Assembly: GCA_026389535.1 (NCBI GenBank)
Contig: JAPLHR010000079.1
Coordinates: 1-50,191 of the forward strand
Source: Chloroflexota bacterium
GTDB lineage: Bacteria; Chloroflexota; Limnocylindria; Limnocylindrales; Limnocylindraceae
Direction: 5' to 3'
DNA length: 50,191 nt
Below the pieces are notes generated by a model. The model ran no database searches and was not told the origin of the DNA. It was given only the letters and a program-made list of their open reading frames with translations. This document shows, in pieces, positions 9,111-20,293 of the stretch (its first letter is position 1; the number at the start of each line of letters is the position of its first letter). Both the position numbers and the translations under genes were made by a program.

Positions 9111-10015
9111 TCGCTCTCCGTGAGCACCGCGCGCGCAGCGGCGAGGCGCCCCTCCAGGTCCGTGCGACCGATAATTGGGTCGTTCTCTGCGGCGGCCAAG
9201 CGCGCATCCCACTGCTCCAAGACGAGTCGTAGCCTCTTCAGCTGGCGGCGAACCTCGCGTGCGTTCGTCGCCAAGATGTCGGCGCCCATCGCCTCAGAGC
9301 CACGTGCAAGCCGCGTGGCGGAGAGCCAACCGGTACCGGCGAGCAGGTGCGAGATCTTCCAGCCGTCAGGGGCATCGGCAGCCTCACCGAGTGCCACGGT
9401 CTCCACGAGTGCTGCAGCCAGGAGGAGTGGGAGGTGGCTGACCGCGGCGGTGGCGGCGTCGTGCAGCTCCGCCTCAAGGATCACTGGACGCGCACCGCAG
9501 CTGGTTGCGAGTCGCTCGACGAGTGCGGCCGCGCCACCACCATTGGAGCCGGGAACAATCACCCAAGGGCGACCAAGGAAGAGATTGGCATCTGCCGCGG
9601 CGAAACCAGTCTCGTGGCTCCCCGCCATCGGATGGCCCCCGCAGAAGCGAATGTTGCGCGCCGCCGCCTCTCGCGCGATCCACACCTTCGTTGAGGCAAC
9701 GTCGGTCACGATCGCCCCATCAGCGAGGCGACCAGAGCGGCGACAGATCACCAGCTCGTCGAGAATTGCGGTCATGGCGATTGGTGGTGCGCAGAGAACC
9801 ACGAGCGCTGCACCATCAACCGTTTCGGCGATCGAGCGACCAACGGTGTCAATGACTCCCGCCGCCAGCGCCTCTCGCGGGCCCGTCTGCGTTGGTGTCC
9901 ATGCGGCAATCTCCAGGCCACTCTCATCAAGGGGGCCAACCCCAGCGGGATCTTCACGCAGTGCTCGCGCGATGGAGCCGCCGATGAGGCCGAGGCCGAG
10001 CAGCGCTACCTTCAC
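9107..10015 (-). CDS. tyrA: Prephenate/arogenate dehydrogenase
   Basis: GLGLIGGS Rossmann motif, TDVASTK, GGHPMAGS, HDAATAAVSHLP, TRLA. Confidence 0.9.
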   Translation of the reverse strand: MKVALLGLGLIGGSIARALREDPAGVGPLDESGLEIAAWTPTQTGPREALAAGVIDTVGRSIAETVDGAALVVLCAPPIAMTAILDELVICRRSGRLADGAIVTDVASTKVWIAREAAARNIRFCGGHPMAGSHETGFAAADANLFLGRPWVIVPGSNGGGAAALVERLATSCGARPVILEAELHDAATAAVSHLPLLLAAALVETVALGEAADAPDGWKISHLLAGTGWLSATRLARGSEAMGADILATNAREVRRQLKRLRLVLEQWDARLAAAENDPIIGRTDLEGRLAAARAVLTESE

Positions 10016-10021
10016 AGGCGG

Positions 10022-11427
10022 TCAGCCAACGGTGGCGATAGCGTCGAGTGCGCGAATGACGGCGCGGATGCCGCCCTCAAAGTTGCCGAGGTCCATCGAC
10101 TCATTCGGCGCGTGCGCATTGTCGTCTGGTGGCGTGAAGCCGAGCAAGACCACTGGCAGGCCGAGCTCCTTCTGGAAGAGTGCGGCGATCGGAATGGAGC
10201 CACCTTCGCGGATGTAGAGCGGCGGCACGCCAAAGGTAGCCTCAAGGGCTCCCGCCGCTGCGTTGAGGTAGGGATCGCCAAGCGGGGTGAGGAAGGCATC
10301 GCCGTTACCGAGGTTCTGCACCTCGACCTGCAGCCCGGCAGGGGCGGCAGCGCGCAGCGCCGCCTCAAGCTGCCGACTGATCTTCTGAGGATCTTGTGCG
10401 GTGACCAAGCGGCACGAGATCTTGGCGTGTGCATGCGCTGGGATGATCGTCTTTGAGCCATCACCCATGAAGCCGCCCCAGATGCCGTTCACGTCGAGTG
10501 TTGGACGCCCACCACGTCGCTCAACCGTGGAGTAGCCGCTCTCCCCCGCCGTGGCGGTGGCCCCGATCCCAGCAAGATAGCCGGGCTCATCGAATGGCAG
10601 GGCGGCGAATGCGGCGCGATCGGCTGGTGTGAGCGCAACGACATCGTCGTAGAAGCCGGGAACGGTGATGTGGCCGTTCGCGTCATGCAGCGAGGCGATC
10701 ATGGCGGCGAGTGCATTGGCGGGATTGACGACGGAGCCGCCGTAACTCCCCGAGTGCAGGTCTACATCGGAGGCGCGCACATTGACCTGTAGATAGGTGA
10801 TGCCGCGGAGCCCAACCGTCAGTGCGGGGCGATTGCCATCAAAGAAGCCGGAGTCGCTGATGATCACGGCGTCGCCGCTGCAGCGGTCTGGGTTCGCCGC
10901 CATCCACGCCTCGAGGTTCACGGAGCTCGACTCCTCTTCGCCCTCGAAGATGTACTTCACGTTCACTGGCAGAGTGCCGCGCGTGGTGACGAGCGCCTCG
11001 AGTGCGCTGAGGTGGATCACGATCTGGCCCTTATCGTCGGCGGAGCCGCGACCGAGCATGCGGCCGTCGCGAACGATCGGCTCAAACGGGCTGGTCTTCC
11101 AGAGATCGAGCGGGTCTCCCGGCTGCACGTCGTAGTGGCCGTAGATCACCACGGTCGGTAGCGAGCTATTGACGATCTTCTCGGCAACAACGATTGGATG
11201 GCCACCCGTCTCGCTCACCTCAACGCGCTCTGCACCGATGCGACGGAGCTCAGCGGCCAGCCACTCTGCAGCTGCGCGGCAATCAGCGGCGTTCTCAGGG
11301 AGGGCGGAGACGCTCGGGATCTTCAAGAACTCTGCGTACTTCGCCATCCGCTCGGTGGCCGTTGCAACGAGATGCGCCTCCTCTGGCCCCTCAAGCCCCT
11401 TCCAGGCGAGCGTTGGGGCGTAGGCCA

Positions 11428-11428
<1 letters not shown>
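10022..11428 (-). CDS. M20/M25/M40 family dipeptidase
   Basis: YGHYDVQP, GRGSADDKGQ, EGEEE, DLHSG, GGSIP, AHAPNE. Confidence 0.9.
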
Positions 11429-13398
<1,970 letters not shown>

Positions 13399-13435
13399 TA
13401 GGTTCCCTCCGTTCTCCGTCTTCCCCAAAGGTGCA

Positions 13436-13510
13436 TGGTAGCGAGGGCAGGAATCGAACCTGCTACCAAGGGCTTATGAATCCCCTGCTCTACCGGTGAG
13501 CTACCCCGCC
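13436..13510 (-). tRNA. tRNA-Met(CAT), probably elongator
   Basis: GGCGGGGTAGCTCACCGGTAGAGCAGGGGATTCATAAGCCCTTGGTAGCAGGTTCGATTCCTGCCCTCGCTACCA: cloverleaf, T-loop TTCGA, encoded CCA, CAT anticodon; G2-C71, C3-G70 and A73, and no C1 mismatch. Confidence 0.9.
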
Positions 13511-13521
13511 GTGCCTCCGCA

Positions 13522-13528
13522 TAGGATA
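13522..13528. promoter_or_regulatory. Symmetric -10 element TAGGATA (TATCCT on minus for the tRNA; TAGGAT on plus)
   Basis: Same heptamer as at 30277-30283, located between divergent genes. Confidence 0.5.
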
Positions 13529-13585
13529 CCGAACGGGGCTCCCTCACGCACCACGAGCCTTGAGCACGCCCCAGAGGTGATCCGC

Positions 13586-13591
13586 TAGGCT
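13586..13591 (+). promoter_or_regulatory. -10 box TAGGCT 6 nt before ATG (leaderless)
   Basis: TAGGCT-ccgagg-ATG. Confidence 0.55.
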
Positions 13592-13597
13592 CCGAGG

Positions 13598-14071
13598 ATG
13601 CTTCAAGTCCTCGTCCTCTGCCACGGCAACATCTGCCGCTCCCCGCTCGCCGAGGTCCTCATTGAGGCGGCGATCAAAGCCGACCCGCTCCTCGCTGGGC
13701 ACGTGGTGGTCTCTAGTGCCGGGACCTCTGACGAGCATGCTGGCGAGGGGATGCATACCAACAGCGCCACCATTCTGAGCGCACGGGGCCTGCGATGCAC
13801 TCACCAGGCGCGCCTCTTTACCCCAACCATGGCAGCGACCCTCGACCTAGTGCTCGCCGCCGATCAGGCCAATCTTCGCAACGGGCGCGCCATCATCCGC
13901 ATGGCAGACACACAACCAGAGATCCGTCTGCTCAGGGACTTTGATCCAACTGCAACTGGGCGCGATCTCGACGACCCGTGGGGCTACCCACCAGCAGAAT
14001 ATGAACGTGCCGCCGTGGAGATTTCGGCGGCGATCCCTGGCCTACTCGCGGAGCTCCGCGACCGGCTCTAG
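13598..14071 (+). CDS. Low-molecular-weight protein-tyrosine phosphatase
   Basis: P-loop CHGNICRS, SAGT, DLDDPWG. Confidence 0.9.
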   Translation: MLQVLVLCHGNICRSPLAEVLIEAAIKADPLLAGHVVVSSAGTSDEHAGEGMHTNSATILSARGLRCTHQARLFTPTMAATLDLVLAADQANLRNGRAIIRMADTQPEIRLLRDFDPTATGRDLDDPWGYPPAEYERAAVEISAAIPGLLAELRDRL

Positions 14072-14073
14072 CG

Positions 14074-15099
14074 CTACTTGAAGGAGAGGATCGCGTCGAC
14101 GAGGACGCGGTCAAACGCGTCGGCATCCACACCAACAGCCACATCCACATCAGGGGTGCGTCCGCGCTGCTTCAGGCGATCGCCATACCAATCAGTAATC
14201 GTTCGACCCCGTGCAAGGTCGCCAAGCTCAACGTCAACGGCGGCATGCACCAGGGCCAGCAGGTTCGGCACCGCAAGGTGCGCCACGGCAACCGCGTCGT
14301 GCACGGCAGAGGCTGGCCAGTCGTAGCGGTCCTTGTGGAAGATGGCGTAGAAGCGCAGCAGGTCGGCGAAGATCTTCGCTGGCAGCGTTCCCGCCGCATC
14401 GAGGCGCTTCATCGCCGCTTCGCCTGTCAGGGCACGGTGCGTGGCATCGAGGCAGACCATGGTGATCGGGATCCCTGCGGCAAATACGATCGCCGCAGCA
14501 TCAGGATCGACGTACGAATTGAACTCCGCTGATGCGGTCACATTCCCCTCGGCGATCGCACCGCCCATCCAGCAGATGTGGGCGATCTTGGCCTTCAGCT
14601 CGGGGTGATCCCGCAGCAGGATGGCGATGTTCGTCAGTGGGCCGAGCGGCACCAGTGTCACCGGCTCGCTCGCCTCGCGAAGAAGCGTTGCAATCAGGTC
14701 GACCGCGCCCGCGGCGTGCTCAAGGCCCGTTGGCTCTGGAAGCTCTGCGCCGTCGAGTCCCGAGTCACCGTGCACGTATGGCGCAACCCACAGCGGTCGG
14801 ACGAGTGGTACATCGGCGCCAGCAGCAACACGCACCCCATTTGCGCCAAGCAGGGCCAGGGTGCGGCGCAGATTTTCGTAGGTCTTCGGCAGTGATGCGT
14901 TGCCGGCCACGGCGGTAACGCCGAGCACCTTCAGCTCCGGGCGGGCGAATGCAACGGCGAGCGCCATCGCATCATCGTGGCCTGGGTCGCAGTCAATGAT
15001 GATCGGGAGTGGCTTGGCAACGGTGCCGAGTGGTGCGCGGCGTGGGGAGGGCGGAAAGGGCGTCGAGAGCGGGAGCGGATTAGGCTTCGGCTCGCTCAT
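14074..15099 (-). CDS. Nucleoside hydrolase (IUNH/Rih family), paralog 1
   Basis: DCDPGHDD, VAGN, VHGDSGL, GPLTN, AEFN, VHDA. Confidence 0.92.
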   Translation of the reverse strand: MSEPKPNPLPLSTPFPPSPRRAPLGTVAKPLPIIIDCDPGHDDAMALAVAFARPELKVLGVTAVAGNASLPKTYENLRRTLALLGANGVRVAAGADVPLVRPLWVAPYVHGDSGLDGAELPEPTGLEHAAGAVDLIATLLREASEPVTLVPLGPLTNIAILLRDHPELKAKIAHICWMGGAIAEGNVTASAEFNSYVDPDAAAIVFAAGIPITMVCLDATHRALTGEAAMKRLDAAGTLPAKIFADLLRFYAIFHKDRYDWPASAVHDAVAVAHLAVPNLLALVHAAVDVELGDLARGRTITDWYGDRLKQRGRTPDVDVAVGVDADAFDRVLVDAILSFK

Positions 15100-16124
15100 G
15101 GGAGCTTCGAGTAGATATCAACCATTTCGTCGGCGAATCTCTTGCTATCAATCGTGAGCCCCACGTCGCAATTCGGCTCGATCTTGTCGCGCTTCAGTCG
15201 GTATGGGTTCGCATCGCCGATCGTGCGACCGCGTGCCGGCCCCTGTGTGGCGTCTACGACCACGTGATAGCGCGAGACGCCCACAAGATCCGGAATCGCA
15301 AAATGCAGCACGGCGACGGCATCGTGAATGGCCATCTTCTCGCCCTGGCCCCATGCTGCGGAGCGGTCAAACGAGAACTTCAGCAGTTCCGCAGCAACCT
15401 TTGCCGATGTGCCCGGCAGGGCGGTGAGACGATCGAGGATGGTCCGATCCAGGATCGCATGGTGCGTCACATCAAGGCCAATCATGGTGATCGGCAGGCC
15501 GCTGTTGAAGACGATCTCGGCGGCGGTTGGATCGGCGTAGATGTTGAACTCCGCCGAAGCTGATGAGTTCCCCTCGCCGACCGATCCGCCCATCAGGCAG
15601 ATGTGCGAAATCTTGGGGGCAAGATGTGGGTACGAACGGATCAGCAGGGCAATGTTGGTCAGCGGCCCTACCGGGGCAATCGCAACCGGCTCAGGAGATG
15701 CCTCCAGAATGCGAGCCATCAGCGCTACGGCACCTTCTGGTTCGGCTGTGCGCGGTGCCTTCGGCAGCTTGGTGTTGCCAAGACCACCCTCACCGTGCAC
15801 CTCAGTGGCGCGTTCGAGTGGCCCAGCAAGTGGTCCGACCGCACCCTCTGCAACCGGCACGCCATCTGCGCCGTAGAGATGAAGCAGGCGCAGGGCATTC
15901 TCGGTGCAATGGTGCACGTCGGCGTTGCCGCCAACGCTTGTCACCGCAAGGAGATTGATCTCTGGTCGCACCACCGCGCACGCAATCGCTAACGCGTCAT
16001 CAAGCCCAGGATCGCTATCGATGATGAGCGGCAGTGGCTTGGCGACGGTGCCAAATGGTGCCGTGCGTGGCGTGAGCTTCGCGTGATGAAACGTCGGCCA
16101 ACCGAGCACCGACGGGTTGCTCAC
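15096..16124 (-). CDS. Nucleoside hydrolase (IUNH/Rih family), paralog 2
   Basis: DSDPGLDD, VGGN, VHGEGGL, GPLTN, AEFNIYADP, IHDA. Confidence 0.92.
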   Translation of the reverse strand: MSNPSVLGWPTFHHAKLTPRTAPFGTVAKPLPLIIDSDPGLDDALAIACAVVRPEINLLAVTSVGGNADVHHCTENALRLLHLYGADGVPVAEGAVGPLAGPLERATEVHGEGGLGNTKLPKAPRTAEPEGAVALMARILEASPEPVAIAPVGPLTNIALLIRSYPHLAPKISHICLMGGSVGEGNSSASAEFNIYADPTAAEIVFNSGLPITMIGLDVTHHAILDRTILDRLTALPGTSAKVAAELLKFSFDRSAAWGQGEKMAIHDAVAVLHFAIPDLVGVSRYHVVVDATQGPARGRTIGDANPYRLKRDKIEPNCDVGLTIDSKRFADEMVDIYSKLP

Positions 16125-16136
16125 AGTGCTCGCGCC

Positions 16137-17480
16137 CTATCCCTGGTCGTACGGACGCCCAGCCGATGCTGGTGCGCGCACTCGACCAATAAGGCCAGCC
16201 ACCACGATGATCGTAACGATGTACGGCATCGAAAGCAGGATCTGTGGCGGTAGCGAAACGCCGAGCCCCGACAAGAGCGTCGTTGCCGCACTCGTCATGC
16301 CGAAAATTAGTGCCGCTCCGAATGCGTAGACGGGATTCCATGCCCCAAAGATCACCGCGGCAAGCGCAATGAAGCCTTTGCCGGCGCTGGTGTTGACGCC
16401 GAAGCCGCCTGTTCCGCTCAGCGCGATGTAGCTGCCGGCGAAGCCTGCAAGGAGGCCAGCGACCAACATTGCGCGGTAGCGCAACTTGACGACGTCAATT
16501 CCAACTGTCCCCGCAGCGTTCGGCTGCTCGCCTGCCGCTCGCAAACGCAGCCCCCAACGGGTGCGGTAGATCATGTAGGTGAAGAAAAGCACGAGCCCTA
16601 CAGCGATGTAAAAGTAAGGGCTCAGCGAGAAGAGGATCGGCCCGATCACAGGGATGTCCGAGAGGAACGGGATCTGAATCGGCGTGATGCCAATCGGCCG
16701 GTTGAATTCGCTATACGGCTGAAGAATGCGCAGGTACGCAAAGGTGGTCACACCCAGCGCGCCGATGTTGATGACTGTGCCAGCAATGATTTGATCGACC
16801 TTGTAGCGAATACCGAGCCAGGCGAGGAAGAGGCTGACCAGCGCGCCAAAGATCGCGCCCGCAATAGGCCCTGCGATGGCGATGCCCGTGATGCTCGAGG
16901 CAATCGACCCAATCATCGCGCCGAAGAGAAGCTTCCCCTCAACGGCAATATTCAGGAACCCACTGCGCTCCGCAATGATGCCGGCAAGCGCGCCGATCCC
17001 GACGGGGACGGTGTACAGCAACGTGCTGGTGAAGAAGACGGTCAGATTCGCGGTCGTGCCGTCAAGGAGGCGCGCCAGAAGGGCAAAGACCAAGACAGGC
17101 GAGACGAGGCCGATCGCAAGTCGCCACCTGAATGAGGCGCCGCGCACAAGCTGCAGCGCAGCCATCGCGCCAAAACCGACCGTGACGGCAGCCCAGAGCA
17201 GAACCACCGGCACTGAGAAAGCGACATCTGTACCGCCGACCTTGTCTACCCAGAATGCGAACTTCCCCTCAACTCCCACTGAGCCAGATGTAATGGCAAG
17301 GGAGAGGAGTGTGAAGAGTGCGAAGAGCCCCGCACGGACGCGTGAGGCGATGAGTTGCTGTTGTGCATCCGCACCATCTCCCACAGATGTTGAGCGCTTT
17401 GCTGGGGCAGCCGTGGTGGTCTTCGCGCGCGCCGCTGCAACCGGCTTCTTCTTCCTCACGCTGCCTCCCTGCGTACTCAC
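16137..17480 (-). CDS. Nucleoside ABC transporter permease (NupC-like)
   Basis: ERSGFLNIAVEG, RTRWGLRLRAAGE, GKGFIALAAVIFG, PYIVT, RAPASAGRPY. Confidence 0.88.
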   Translation of the reverse strand: MSTQGGSVRKKKPVAAARAKTTTAAPAKRSTSVGDGADAQQQLIASRVRAGLFALFTLLSLAITSGSVGVEGKFAFWVDKVGGTDVAFSVPVVLLWAAVTVGFGAMAALQLVRGASFRWRLAIGLVSPVLVFALLARLLDGTTANLTVFFTSTLLYTVPVGIGALAGIIAERSGFLNIAVEGKLLFGAMIGSIASSITGIAIAGPIAGAIFGALVSLFLAWLGIRYKVDQIIAGTVINIGALGVTTFAYLRILQPYSEFNRPIGITPIQIPFLSDIPVIGPILFSLSPYFYIAVGLVLFFTYMIYRTRWGLRLRAAGEQPNAAGTVGIDVVKLRYRAMLVAGLLAGFAGSYIALSGTGGFGVNTSAGKGFIALAAVIFGAWNPVYAFGAALIFGMTSAATTLLSGLGVSLPPQILLSMPYIVTIIVVAGLIGRVRAPASAGRPYDQG

Positions 17481-18673
17481 TTGGCCACCGAACGTGGGCG
17501 TCGGCGGAACGGGTTCTTCAAGATGCCAAGCGTCAGCTCAGGAGCTGCGATGAAGGCGATGACGAGCGCCTGAATAAAGAGGAGCATCTCAATTGGGATG
17601 CTTGTCTCCACCTGCATCAGGCTACCGCCGTGCTGCAGAAGGCCGAACACGAGCGCAGTCGCAACTACGCCGCTCGGCCGCGTACCACCAACGAGAGCAA
17701 TGGCGATCGCAGTGAAGCCAACGCTTCCAGCGATACCAGGCGAGAGCTGCTTGATCGTGCCGACGGCCACAAGCGCACCACCGAGACCGGAAATTGCTCC
17801 AGAGATCAGCATTGCGGTGATGATCGAGGTGCCTGCGCCAATGCCCGCATACTTCGCCGCCGCAAGGTTCAAGCCGGCGGCTCGAAGCTCAAATCCACGA
17901 GTGGACCGGAAGAGGAACCAGCTGACCGCAACGGCGGTGAGGAGCGCGATGATGATGCTGATGTCCATCCGTAGGGCCGAGATCGGCAAGATCCCAGGGA
18001 GGTCTACGAACTGGCTGAGCTCCTTCGATACTGGCTGAATACGTGGTGGCTTCTGGATGAACTCGAAGTTTGATACGAGGAAGAAGACGAACTGCCCAGC
18101 GATGAAATTGAGCATGATCGTCGTGATCACCTCACTCGCGCCGACGCGTGCCTTCAGATAACCCGGAATGAAGGCCCAGGCTGCTCCCCCAATGACTCCA
18201 AAGATCATCACGAGGAGAATGGCAATTGGCGCCGGTGTCACGCCTGCGCCGAAAAGGAGCGCCGCGAGGGTGCCGCCAACGGCACCCATGGTGTACTGAC
18301 CAGCACCACCAATATTGAAAATGCCAGTGCGGAACGCCACCGAAACGCCAAGCCCAACGAAGATCAGCGGCACGGAGGCGACTACGCTTTCGACGATCGG
18401 GCGCAGTGCGCGCGCCCACAGCTTGATGTCGCCATTTGAGGCGAGTGCCTTACCGATATTCTCTGGATCACCGAATGCTCCGCGGAAAAGCGCGCTGTAC
18501 GAGGCTGCCGCTCGCCCAATGCCGAGGCTCAAGGCTCCAATAGGATCAGAGAGAAGACCGCCAAGAACTTCAATGTCAGTGAAGATGATGAAGATCGCGC
18601 CAACGAGCAGCGCCACTGAGATCGAAAGTGCTGGAATGCGAATCTTTGAACCAAATTTCTTTAAGCCGTTCAC
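17477..18673 (-). CDS. Nucleoside ABC transporter permease (NupB-like)
   Basis: FRTGIFNIGGAGQ, SEVITTIMLN, GFELRAAG, GFTAIAIALVG. Confidence 0.88.
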   Translation of the reverse strand: MNGLKKFGSKIRIPALSISVALLVGAIFIIFTDIEVLGGLLSDPIGALSLGIGRAAASYSALFRGAFGDPENIGKALASNGDIKLWARALRPIVESVVASVPLIFVGLGVSVAFRTGIFNIGGAGQYTMGAVGGTLAALLFGAGVTPAPIAILLVMIFGVIGGAAWAFIPGYLKARVGASEVITTIMLNFIAGQFVFFLVSNFEFIQKPPRIQPVSKELSQFVDLPGILPISALRMDISIIIALLTAVAVSWFLFRSTRGFELRAAGLNLAAAKYAGIGAGTSIITAMLISGAISGLGGALVAVGTIKQLSPGIAGSVGFTAIAIALVGGTRPSGVVATALVFGLLQHGGSLMQVETSIPIEMLLFIQALVIAFIAAPELTLGILKNPFRRRPRSVAK

Positions 18674-20178
18674 TTGGTGATACCTCCCATGAGGAGACCG
18701 ACCCGCTCACGCGTCGCCTCCTTGGCATCGAGAATGCCGACAATCCGTCCCTCATACATCACGGCAACGCGATCGCCGAGCGCCAACACTTCATCAAGCT
18801 CGGTGCTCACAATCAACACGGCAGCCCCTGCATCGCGCTGCTCCACGATGCGGCGGTGGATGTATTCGATCGAGCCGACGTCCAGACCGCGCGTTGGCTG
18901 TGCCGCAATGACCAAACGAACATTGCGGCTGAACTCGCGCGCGACGATCACCTTCTGCTGATTGCCACCGGAGAGCGACGCAATGTCTGTGCTAATTGAT
19001 GGGGTGCGAATGTCAAAGTCTTTCACCGCCTGTTCCGTTGCCGCGGCGATCGCCTTGCGGTTCAGTAGGCCGCTCTTGCTGTATTGCGGAAGGTGGTACG
19101 TGTTCAAGATGTAGTTCTCCGCGATGGTCATGCCCTTGACCATGCCGTCACGATTTCGATCCTCGGGAATATGGGCAACACCTGCCATCGCGATCTCGCG
19201 TGGCGAACCTGCATGCAGTGGCTTCTTCTCAAGGACAACGGTGCCCGAGTCAACGAGCCGCAAGCCGGTCAGGGCCTCAACGAGCTCTGTTTGGCCATTC
19301 CCTTGCACGCCCGCAACGGCAAGGATCTCGCCGCTCCGAACCTCAAAGGTCGCGTTGTTCACGGCGAGGCCGCCCGCGTCGTTGAGCACGTTCAGACCCT
19401 TCACCTGCAGGATTGGCTCAGCAACCTTGGATTTGGAGCGGCTGACGGTGAGCTGCACCTCGCGCCCAACCATCATCTCCGCGAGCTTGGCGGCGGTCGC
19501 CTTCTTTGGAGTGGTCTCTCCTGCAACAGCGCCGCGGCGCAGCACGGTGATCTTGTCGGCAACGGCAATCACCTCGTTCAACTTGTGGGTGATGAAGATG
19601 ACCGAGGTGCCCCCCCTCGCGAGACCGCGAATAATCTCGAAGAGCTCCTCGGTCTCCTGCGGAGTGAGCACGGCTGATGGCTCATCGAGGACCAGGATGT
19701 CGCTCTTGCGATACAGCGCCTTCAAAATCTCAACGCGCTGACGAACACCAACGGGGAGCGATTCAATCTTCGCGTCTGGGTCGACATGCAGGCCGTGCTT
19801 CTTTGAGAGCTCTACGACCTGCGCGCGCGCAGTGGCTCGATCAAAGCTGCCAAGCGGGCCCTTGGTTGGCTCGTTGCCGAGCACAACGGATTCAGTGACG
19901 TCGAAGACGGGGACGAGCATGAAGTGCTGGTGCACCATGCCGATGCCAGCATCAATGGCCTGGGCAGGATCGCGGAAGATGCGCTCCTTACCATCAATAA
20001 GAATTTTGCCGGAGTCGGGTCGATAGAGACCCGAGAGGATGTTCATGAGGGTGGTCTTCCCTGCGCCATTCTCACCGAGAAGGCCGAGGACCTGACCCTT
20101 GTCAACGGAGATGGAGATGCGGTCGTTAGCGAGAACGCCAGGGAACTGCTTCGTAATCTTCTGCAGCTCAAGCCTCAT
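18670..20178 (-). CDS. Nucleoside/sugar ABC transporter ATP-binding protein with two NBDs (NupA-like)
   Basis: GENGAGKT, VHQHFML, LDEP, LSGGNQQK, QPTRGLDVGS; SD GGAGG upstream. Confidence 0.92.
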   Translation of the reverse strand: MRLELQKITKQFPGVLANDRISISVDKGQVLGLLGENGAGKTTLMNILSGLYRPDSGKILIDGKERIFRDPAQAIDAGIGMVHQHFMLVPVFDVTESVVLGNEPTKGPLGSFDRATARAQVVELSKKHGLHVDPDAKIESLPVGVRQRVEILKALYRKSDILVLDEPSAVLTPQETEELFEIIRGLARGGTSVIFITHKLNEVIAVADKITVLRRGAVAGETTPKKATAAKLAEMMVGREVQLTVSRSKSKVAEPILQVKGLNVLNDAGGLAVNNATFEVRSGEILAVAGVQGNGQTELVEALTGLRLVDSGTVVLEKKPLHAGSPREIAMAGVAHIPEDRNRDGMVKGMTIAENYILNTYHLPQYSKSGLLNRKAIAAATEQAVKDFDIRTPSISTDIASLSGGNQQKVIVAREFSRNVRLVIAAQPTRGLDVGSIEYIHRRIVEQRDAGAAVLIVSTELDEVLALGDRVAVMYEGRIVGILDAKEATRERVGLLMGGITK

Positions 20179-20222
20179 GCGACGCGTACCCTCCCTACTC
20201 TGTCACTGCTTTGCTGGAGATA

Positions 20223-20292
20223 CTCTTCCGCCCGGATGCCGAAGCACCCGGGCGGAGAGCGACTACTTCATCGCCGAAGCGATGGAGAAGTA
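20223..20292 (-). other. Two tandem RNA hairpins, each capped by a C(UUCG)G tetraloop, between the BMP gene and the ATPase gene
   Basis: Minus strand: TACTTCTCCATCGC-TTCG-GCGATGAAGTA (20264-20292) and CTCTCCGCCCGGGTGC-TTCG-GCATCCGGGCGGAAGAG (20223-20259); no U-tract. Confidence 0.8.
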
Positions 20293-20293
20293 C

